From: Oligoflexales bacterium
Lineage (GTDB): Bacteria > Bdellovibrionota_B > Oligoflexia > Oligoflexales > Bog-1112
NCBI GenBank assembly: GCA_045106415.1
Contig: JBGCEP010000026.1
Coordinates: 1-64,000, forward strand
DNA: 64,000 bases
Direction of reading: 5' to 3'
Shown here piece after piece: positions 57,254-64,000 of this stretch. Each line of letters begins with the position of its first letter. Position 1 is the first letter of the stretch. The translations under genes were made by a program, and so were the position numbers. The notes under the pieces were generated by a model, which was not told the origin of the DNA, searched no databases, and was given only the letters and a program-made list of their open reading frames with translations.

Positions 57254-57871
57254 TTAGTTGTTTTGTTCTTCGCTATCTCCTGGAAAGATAACAAATTCTT
57301 CTCCTGTTGAAATATCTTCATAGAGGTAGGTCTCTGTTTCTTCATAACGAGATCGTATGACATCATTTTCGTTAACTTCTTCATAGTCCTCATTATATTT
57401 ATATTCTTGCTCATCACTGTGGTTGTGGTTGCTTGGTGATGAACGAATAACGTCGGCAGAGACTGCGTCGCTAGGGTAGCAGACCCTGGGGTTATAGTGA
57501 TTGATACCAGTTGCGACATTTGCAATAATATTGGTGAGAGCTCCGCAAAAACGAGTGCTTGCAACGTCTTCGCCATCAATCTGATAAGTGATATGGGCAA
57601 TATAACTGCGACCAGGCTCTGCTAAAATTTGGTATGTTGATGCGTCACGAACTTTTGTTTGTGTTTCTCGATAAATTTCTCTATTTGAATCGAGATTTTC
57701 TCCTTCTCTGATATGAATGGTCATCACAGTTGTGTCGTAGTCAATATTGAGAGAGGGTACTGTTAAGGCAATACTTGTCTGTGTGTTTGTTATTTGATTT
57801 TGATTTGTATCAAGACTGCCGCAACTCACTGTAAGCGATAAAAACATAAGGGATATAACTGAACTTTTCAT
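57254..57871 (-). CDS. Hypothetical lipoprotein with acidic tail
   Basis: LTVSC lipobox, RBS GAGG. Confidence 0.75.
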   Translation of the reverse strand: MKSSVISLMFLSLTVSCGSLDTNQNQITNTQTSIALTVPSLNIDYDTTVMTIHIREGENLDSNREIYRETQTKVRDASTYQILAEPGRSYIAHITYQIDGEDVASTRFCGALTNIIANVATGINHYNPRVCYPSDAVSADVIRSSPSNHNHSDEQEYKYNEDYEEVNENDVIRSRYEETETYLYEDISTGEEFVIFPGDSEEQNN

Positions 57872-58007
57872 TTAAAACCTCTTCATTGAACCTGAATAAC
57901 GTATCGGTGAAGAAGAGTGAAAATCGAACGAATAAAGCATGTTTTTGTAACATATTAAAATATAAAAGATTTACTTTGGTGTTAAAGTTTTTTTAAGAAG
58001 GATTTAT

Positions 58008-58367
58008 ATGAAGATGATATGGGTTATTTTAGGGCATTTTTTTTTAATGATAGGATTTGTTGGAGCTTTTGTACCTTTATTACCAACGACCCCTTTTTTA
58101 CTTCTTACTTTTTTTTGTTATTCAAGAGGATCCGAAAAATTTCAAAAAAAACTTCTTGCTCATCCATGGCTAGGTCCTCCTATAAAAGATTGGTTAGATC
58201 ACGGTGTTATTAGGTTTCAAGCAAAAATCATGTCTATTTTAATTTGCTTATGCAGTTTCTTTATGCTTTGGTTTGTTTTTGCTATTCCACAATTAGCGAG
58301 GCTATGTGCGACGTTGATCTTGGTGAGTGTTTGTTTTTTTATTTATTCACGGCCCTCAAAATTTTAG
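58008..58367 (+). CDS. YbaN (DUF454) membrane protein
   Basis: G.VGAFVPLLPTTPFLLL...RGS. Confidence 0.9.
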   Translation: MKMIWVILGHFFLMIGFVGAFVPLLPTTPFLLLTFFCYSRGSEKFQKKLLAHPWLGPPIKDWLDHGVIRFQAKIMSILICLCSFFMLWFVFAIPQLARLCATLILVSVCFFIYSRPSKF

Positions 58368-59279
58368 GCAAGTAGATAAAAATATAGAAATAGAAATAAG
58401 AGAATATGATCCCCAGATACTATTGTGTAGTGATGTTTTGAAGGTTTTAATTTCTTTAAATTTATGAGTTTGTGTTTTAGATGCGTGTTGATGCAGTTTA
58501 TGTCTACAAAAAATTAGGTAGGATGCACCAAAAAAAGTATGCATTGAGGTGTGTGTATAGGCAATGAAAATCCACATAAAAGAAGTTAAATCTATACATA
58601 GTAAGACTTTATCTCGTACCCAAAGATGACCCTTAGATGTTGTGTATGTTTTTTTACCACCTATGCGGTCGCTTTCTTCGTCAGCTAATCCACTGGCTAA
58701 AGCGCTAGCCATGGCTGATGGGGCACCTGCACAAATAATAAGAAACTCTTCAGGTAGAGTTTTAAGGCCCGTTGCTCGTAGAAAAAGAAGTGGTAAAAGG
58801 AGACCCACACCAATGGTTTCGATCCATTCGCCACCACCGCGATAATTTAGTTTTAAAGGAGAAAAAGAGTACGACTGTATAAATAGAATTGCTAAGAAGG
58901 GGAGATATATAAAATCAGGGTCTTTTTGATGATAAAAACACCCTATAGATAGAAAGCCTAAAATCGATAAAAAAGATGCTAATTTTATAGAGCGGATAGA
59001 AAGAATTCGATCAGGTATCGTTTTAGGAGAGCATGTATGAGGGAATTGTTTCCTTTTAATGGTATCAACTTTGATATCTGCCCAATCATTGCATAGCACA
59101 ATAGATATAACTAAAAAAACAGCAAGAAAAATGGAAAAGATAAGAGACTCCCATTGTAGCTCTTGATATTTCCACCCTATAGAAAGCCCTAGCCATGCAG
59201 GGACGATAATTTTAGGCCAACTTGCGAGTTTTATTGCGTAGACCCAAGATCTTAGAGTGTGCTGCTTTGTTTTCATCAA
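58356..59279 (-). CDS. UbiA-family prenyltransferase (MenA-like)
   Basis: NDWAD..VD, YS.SPLKLNYRGGGE, DEESD..GGKKT. Confidence 0.82.
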   Translation of the reverse strand: MMKTKQHTLRSWVYAIKLASWPKIIVPAWLGLSIGWKYQELQWESLIFSIFLAVFLVISIVLCNDWADIKVDTIKRKQFPHTCSPKTIPDRILSIRSIKLASFLSILGFLSIGCFYHQKDPDFIYLPFLAILFIQSYSFSPLKLNYRGGGEWIETIGVGLLLPLLFLRATGLKTLPEEFLIICAGAPSAMASALASGLADEESDRIGGKKTYTTSKGHLWVRDKVLLCIDLTSFMWIFIAYTHTSMHTFFGASYLIFCRHKLHQHASKTQTHKFKEIKTFKTSLHNSIWGSYSLISISIFLSTCLKF

Positions 59280-59378
59280 TAACCTTGTTTGAGAATGTTT
59301 GCTATATGGGGGTACATGATTTCTATGTTGTGAGTCAATTTAAATCAAGTATCGTGATCTCATTGTGTAGGTTGCTTT

Positions 59379-60923
59379 ATGAAGGGTATATTTGATTTCA
59401 TTCATGATACTTTTAAGGAACCTGAGTTGTGTTATGATTTCGATAAATTTGATAAGGACCATAAGATGCCGGACTATGATGCTTTTTTGTGGTTTTCTCT
59501 AATTATTTCTATTGTCATGTTGGTTTGGTCCTGTGTTGAAGTCGGGAGTAATGATGCTGCGAATTTAGTGAATGCAGTTTCTGGAGCTTCTATATTGAAA
59601 AGAACGTCAGCTGTTTTTTATGCAAGCGTTTTTGTTGTTTTAGGAGCTCTTTGCTCGGGCCAAGTCATGGATACGGTGAGAAAAAGTATTTTTGATGTCG
59701 GTTTGTTGAGTTCCTATCAAATGATTTCTATTTTTATTTCATCTTACTTTATCAATACAGTGATTCTGTTTGTGTGTTCATGCTATGGACTGCCTGTGAG
59801 TACAACAGCAACATTAGTGTTTTCACTCGCAGGGGGAAGCTTAGGAGTTATGTGGTCGTCTCACATTGTTCACTGGGATGTTTTAATCCAAGTGGGTATG
59901 GCGATGGTTTTTTCTATTTTCTTAAGCGGAGTGTTAGGTTTTATTGCGCAGAAATTTTTAAGAAAATTTATTGGGCCAAACTGTAGAGACCCTCAAGTGA
60001 TTAGGAAGCATGGTGGTTGGATCGGTGCTTTTTCTTTGAGTTTTTTAATATGGTTTCTGTTGTTTAAGGGGTTTAATAATCTTGCTCAACCGTTATTAAA
60101 TATAGCGGATGGTTATGTTTTTTTTATCGGTATTTTCATCATGTTTTTTATGATTATTTCTCTTTGTATTTGTTTTTTCCAAGAATATGTGTCGAGGTAT
60201 TTATTTGATTTCTTAGCAATTTTTGGGATGTTTAGTATGGCGTTTGCTTTTGGTCAGAATGACTTAGCAAATTGTGCTTCTCCTGGTTTGGCTATTATCA
60301 TGATTTTTTTTGAGGACGTTGGAGGTCAAGTTTCTGTACCATGGTGGGCTTTGCTAGGGTGTGGTCTTTTGATTAGTTTGGGTATGAATACCAAAAGAGC
60401 TAAAAGGGTCACAGAAGCAGAAATGATGACAGCATCACAGAAAAAATCCCCTGATCTTTATGTCCCAGGATGGTGCTTACAAATTGTGAAAAAATTTAAA
60501 AAGCCTTCTTTAGATGGGGTGCTTTTATCACAATATGAAGTTGAACTACATCATCAGACATACTATGACCCTTTGAGAGCGTGTGTCATTTTGACCGTTA
60601 GTGCGAGCGTTATTGTACTGGCTTCGAGTTTTGGACTTCCTGTTTCAACAACCTATGTCAATTTTGCTGCTGTCGTCGCCTCGGGTTGGGGCGACCAAGT
60701 TTTTATCCAAGAATCAGCAGAGCAAAAGCTGGGGCGGGCGATTTGGGTTGTGGCGTGCTGGTGCTTGTCAATATTAGCAGCTGTTGTAGGAACAGCTTGT
60801 ATGGCCTATTGGGTGGATATGGCTGGAATATGTGGGTTGATGAGTGGTTTTTTGAGTGTTGTTGTTGCTCAGTTTTATTTCAAGAAAATATCTGATGAGC
60901 ATGATAAATCTCATTTTTCTTAA
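59379..60923 (+). CDS. PiT-family inorganic phosphate transporter
   Basis: GSNDAAN and GQNDLAN motifs, two GLPVSTT motifs. Confidence 0.9.
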   Translation: MKGIFDFIHDTFKEPELCYDFDKFDKDHKMPDYDAFLWFSLIISIVMLVWSCVEVGSNDAANLVNAVSGASILKRTSAVFYASVFVVLGALCSGQVMDTVRKSIFDVGLLSSYQMISIFISSYFINTVILFVCSCYGLPVSTTATLVFSLAGGSLGVMWSSHIVHWDVLIQVGMAMVFSIFLSGVLGFIAQKFLRKFIGPNCRDPQVIRKHGGWIGAFSLSFLIWFLLFKGFNNLAQPLLNIADGYVFFIGIFIMFFMIISLCICFFQEYVSRYLFDFLAIFGMFSMAFAFGQNDLANCASPGLAIIMIFFEDVGGQVSVPWWALLGCGLLISLGMNTKRAKRVTEAEMMTASQKKSPDLYVPGWCLQIVKKFKKPSLDGVLLSQYEVELHHQTYYDPLRACVILTVSASVIVLASSFGLPVSTTYVNFAAVVASGWGDQVFIQESAEQKLGRAIWVVACWCLSILAAVVGTACMAYWVDMAGICGLMSGFLSVVVAQFYFKKISDEHDKSHFS

Positions 60924-61030
60924 AAAAAGCATGGTAGGAATTTGTTTTTTGAATAAGAGTTGGATTTTTTATTGTGTTATGGAAAAGTTAAGTTATATCT
61001 TTTAAGCGACAAAAGAATGGAGATTTATAC

Positions 61031-61645
61031 ATGCAACGTGTTGAGGGTGCTCAGAAAATAGGTACTCAAGTCGTCATTGATGAAGAGAATTTGAAAAGTA
61101 TTATTCTCGTTTTGAGTGAAGAAGCCCCTGAACTTACAGAAGAGCAACTCCGAGAAGTGGCTCTGAAAGCTGTTGATGAAGGGCAACTTCATAATCGTGA
61201 TTGGTTGACAGAGGAGATCGCGAAACAAAGAAGGTCTTTGATACCTGAACCCCCAAGTTCAATTCCTGTAAATGAAGTTTGTGAAATAAAAACTATTGAA
61301 GAACTCCAAGCTGTCATTGCACGTCATAAAGCTTGGATGGAAGCTGTTTTGTCAGGTAAAGGGCCTTCTGAGGGGCGCGCTGTTTTTCGACATACCAATT
61401 TAGATGGATATGACTTTAAAGGAAGTAACTTAAGCTGTGCTGATTTTCGATATGCATCTGTCATTGGAGCAAACTTTGAAGGCTGTAACCTTTCTCGAGC
61501 TAAGTTTGATGGGGCATGCTTGAGGAGTGCAAATTTTTCACATACACAACTCAAAGGAGCCTCGTTCCAAGGAACTGACCTTAGAGGGGTGTCGTTTGTT
61601 GATGTTGATCACCTGGGGTGTGATTTGTCTGCTGCTATCACATAA
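61031..61645 (+). CDS. Pentapeptide-repeat protein
   Basis: C-terminal A(D/N)(L/F)xx repeats after H..W. Confidence 0.85.
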   Translation: MQRVEGAQKIGTQVVIDEENLKSIILVLSEEAPELTEEQLREVALKAVDEGQLHNRDWLTEEIAKQRRSLIPEPPSSIPVNEVCEIKTIEELQAVIARHKAWMEAVLSGKGPSEGRAVFRHTNLDGYDFKGSNLSCADFRYASVIGANFEGCNLSRAKFDGACLRSANFSHTQLKGASFQGTDLRGVSFVDVDHLGCDLSAAIT

Positions 61646-61651
61646 AAGTCA

Positions 61652-61852
61652 TTAGAAGCAACGAATGGTCCCAGCAATTTTAACAACTCGCGACCCACCT
61701 GTCTTATGACAACGAATTAATGACTTTTGATATTCAACCGCTTCTTGCTCGTTAATTGCTTCAGAGCTACTCACGCGACTCATACTGCCACCTGCGCAGT
61801 GTGTAAGCATGAAAAGAAAGAAGATCCATCTCCACATAAAAGACTCCTTCAT
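61652..61852 (-). CDS. Small putative lipoprotein
   Basis: MWRWIFFLFMLTHC lipobox-like; terminal Cys pair; true start may be the second Met. Confidence 0.55.
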   Translation of the reverse strand: MKESFMWRWIFFLFMLTHCAGGSMSRVSSSEAINEQEAVEYQKSLIRCHKTGGSRVVKIAGTIRCF

Positions 61853-62009
61853 TGTGAATATATGATTATAGCAACTCTTTTGATTTTTGCGGTTAGGGCT
61901 ATTTTGCCGACCGGAGAACGATCTATTGTTTTTTCCTCTCTTGCATGAAAAGCATTCGCTGCATAATATGCCGAAGAGTCTGCGTTGGATTCTACTAAGG
62001 AGAGAACTG

Positions 62010-63050
62010 GTGAGAAAAATAGTTGAACTTTCAGATTTTGAACAAGCTAAAATATTTAGAAATTATTTAAATTCTCAGGGCATAACTGTTCACCAACCAG
62101 ATGATGAAGATGGTGTGATTTGGGTTTTATCTGATGATCAGATTCATGCTGCGAGACTTGAGCTTCAAAGATATGAAAAAAACCCGCAAGATGAAAAATA
62201 TACAAATGTAAAACCAACCCTTGAAGCTGCTGAGGTAAGGCGGCGATATCGAGAAGTTGATGTCAGAACACGCCGTTATCAAGACTCTCAAGCGATGACA
62301 ACTCCTTTAGTAACTTTGTCATGTCTTTTGCTCTCGGTAGGTGTTTATTTTTTGCCGCGAGGACATGGTTTATTGAATAGTTTTCGTATTAGCTTGTACT
62401 CTATGAGTCTTGGGTTTTCAGAACATTTTTTAATGGAAGTGATGCAAGGTCAAATATGGCGCCTCGTGACTCCTATTTTTTTACATAGCGGTTTTTTACA
62501 TTTGTTGATGAATATGCTGTGGCTATGGCAGTTGGGTGGACCGCTAGAACAGAAAGAAGGAAGTCGTTGGACAGGTTTTTTGATTTTATTGATTGCGATA
62601 CCCTCTAATGTTGCTTTCTATGTTGTGTCAGGACCCTGGTTTGGAGGGATGAGTGGTGTCATTTATGGCCTTTTAGGGTATATGGCGGGCCGTGATTACT
62701 TAGAGCAGGAAGACCGTTACGGTGTTGATCAGGGGACGGTCACATTTCTTGGTGTATGGTATGTGGTCTGTATTACAGGGCTTGTTGGAGCTGTTGCAAA
62801 CACGGTTCACGGTGTTGGAGCTTTGATGGGTCTGATTGCGGCTGCTGTTAGAGCTGATGACAAGAAATGGCTGATCTTACGACGAAATCATAAAGTAGGG
62901 CAAAAGGCGCTTATTGGCCTTGCTTTATTGGGTGCTGCGGTGCTGTCTGATCGGTATGTTGCTGTAAAGCAAAACCATAGAGCCACGGAAAGTTATGAGT
63001 TGAAAGTTCGTGAGTTTCTGAGAGACCGCGCTGTTCAAGAAGAAAAATAA
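62010..63050 (+). CDS. Rhomboid intramembrane serine protease (GlpG-like)
   Basis: WRLVTP, HLLMN, GMSG, conserved His (NTVHG); GTG start after AAGGAG. Confidence 0.9.
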   Translation: MRKIVELSDFEQAKIFRNYLNSQGITVHQPDDEDGVIWVLSDDQIHAARLELQRYEKNPQDEKYTNVKPTLEAAEVRRRYREVDVRTRRYQDSQAMTTPLVTLSCLLLSVGVYFLPRGHGLLNSFRISLYSMSLGFSEHFLMEVMQGQIWRLVTPIFLHSGFLHLLMNMLWLWQLGGPLEQKEGSRWTGFLILLIAIPSNVAFYVVSGPWFGGMSGVIYGLLGYMAGRDYLEQEDRYGVDQGTVTFLGVWYVVCITGLVGAVANTVHGVGALMGLIAAAVRADDKKWLILRRNHKVGQKALIGLALLGAAVLSDRYVAVKQNHRATESYELKVREFLRDRAVQEEK

Positions 63051-63097
63051 GGAGAGATTTACGATAAAGGTATTGTGAATCAAAATTGCACAGTAAT

Positions 63098-63134
63098 AAA
63101 GGAGGGAATATTTTTTTTGATCTCTCCTTTTTTT
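63098..63134 (+). terminator. Possible intrinsic terminator
   Basis: AAAGGAGGGA...TCTCTCCTTT followed by a T-run. Confidence 0.5.
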
Positions 63135-63290
63135 GTGCCCTTTTCCTATAAGGTTTTATAAATAAAGTTATATTTCCAAAGATTTTTTTTTTTTTATGTT
63201 ATTGATTTTCCGATACGATGCACTGTGAGCCCAGGAGTTTGCTAGACTTGCGTCATGGGTTTTTTGCTTGTGGTGTGTAAGGGAGACAGC

Positions 63291-64000
63291 ATGATTTTAT
63301 CGAGAGGGTTGATCGCTATAGGGATATGGTCTCTGATCAGCGCAGGATGTATCACTCGAAAAGATAAAGCGAACAATGAAGCAGCAGGGCCAAGTACGAT
63401 TGCTGCGAATTATAATTCATCAGCAGGTGAGATTATTATTCCTGTTCCAAAGGATTTGCCTGATGGGAAAACATTTTCTGCTTTCCCCAGCAATAGTAAC
63501 AGAAAGCCAAATATTCTTAATGGTTTGAATCTTGCTGATGAAACATGGGGTAGAAATACTTCTGGAAATGTTGAGTCCATGGATATTAAATGTTTTGCAC
63601 CTGCGAGTTTTGGAAAAAAAGAAGATTGGTATTTCTTTGCGCAAGTCTTATCAGGCGATTCCGTCCGTACAGAACAGGATTTTCAGCTCGATAATTGTGG
63701 AGACATTCAGATTAACGCTCGAGATCTTGATATTTCACAAACATATGTTGTTAGAGCTCAGTTTTACTATAGTACAGATGATAAAACGATCGTTTACTAT
63801 GAAGGAACTTCGAAGCCTTTCAAGCCGCAGGATCGAAGCCTAGATCTGATTTTAGAGAAGAAAAGAATTGATCAAGACGTTGAAGTTGATGTCCAAAAAA
63901 CAGAGTCTGAAATCTGTATGGAGAATGGTCATAAATGGACAGGTCGCGCTTGTGTGGGGGGAGATGCTTATGCAACGCTTCGGTTTGCGCATTCTGATTT
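63291..64000 (+). CDS. Hypothetical lipoprotein (partial, runs off the window end)
   Basis: Not in the ORF track. RBS AAGGGAG, MILSRGLIAIGIWSLISAGC lipobox, frame open to the window end. Confidence 0.8.
   Translation, partial: MILSRGLIAIGIWSLISAGCITRKDKANNEAAGPSTIAANYNSSAGEIIIPVPKDLPDGKTFSAFPSNSNRKPNILNGLNLADETWGRNTSGNVESMDIKCFAPASFGKKEDWYFFAQVLSGDSVRTEQDFQLDNCGDIQINARDLDISQTYVVRAQFYYSTDDKTIVYYEGTSKPFKPQDRSLDLILEKKRIDQDVEVDVQKTESEICMENGHKWTGRACVGGDAYATLRFAHSD

Noticed and set aside
52407..57900. Integrative island at tRNA-Asp
   Set aside because: AT-rich, but no integrase and no duplicated tRNA 3' end found
63220..63270. c-di-GMP-I riboswitch (GCAAA / GACGCAA words on the minus strand)
   Set aside because: Motif order and strand are wrong for the downstream gene; no GNRA-capped P2 stem
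1087..63843. Numerous 60-146-aa ORFs nested in or antisense to long genes (e.g. 1087..1272, 37672..38055, 57160..57600, 63532..63843)
   Set aside because: Shadow frames of well-supported genes with no independent motifs

Overview
AT-rich bacterial chromosomal segment. Gene content (pilMNOPQ, many lipoproteins, orphan receiver/TPR proteins, VKOR-DsbA fusion, CBS-domain cystathionine beta-synthase) suggests Bdellovibrionota/Oligoflexia-like affinity; this is inference only. Housekeeping genes: RluA-family synthase, rsmI, class I aminotransferase-pheS-pheT, aroQ, aroC, pgeF, era, degP-like, kdsB, trkAH, PiT, menA-like, rhomboid, tRNA-Asp and an unannotated probable 6S RNA. Less ordinary content: (i) two paralogous giant lipoproteins built from 91-aa Cys-pair repeats, the complete one tipped with a C-type-lectin/FGE-like domain of the kind DGRs diversify; (ii) a self-contained three-gene envelope operon (CxxCH protein + lipoprotein + Tat DUF1501/DUF1552-like protein); (iii) a recurring sigma28/FliA-like CCGATA promoter motif ahead of several secreted/lipoprotein genes; (iv) a single ORF that looks like a degenerate ECF sigma fused to a transmembrane anti-sigma; (v) a metallopeptidase-propeller-barrel outer-membrane protein; (vi) phosphorelay parts without any intact kinase; (vii) a decayed IS3-family element. 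No CRISPR, prophage, rRNA or reverse transcriptase was seen. All family calls come from motif recognition by eye; no searches were run.
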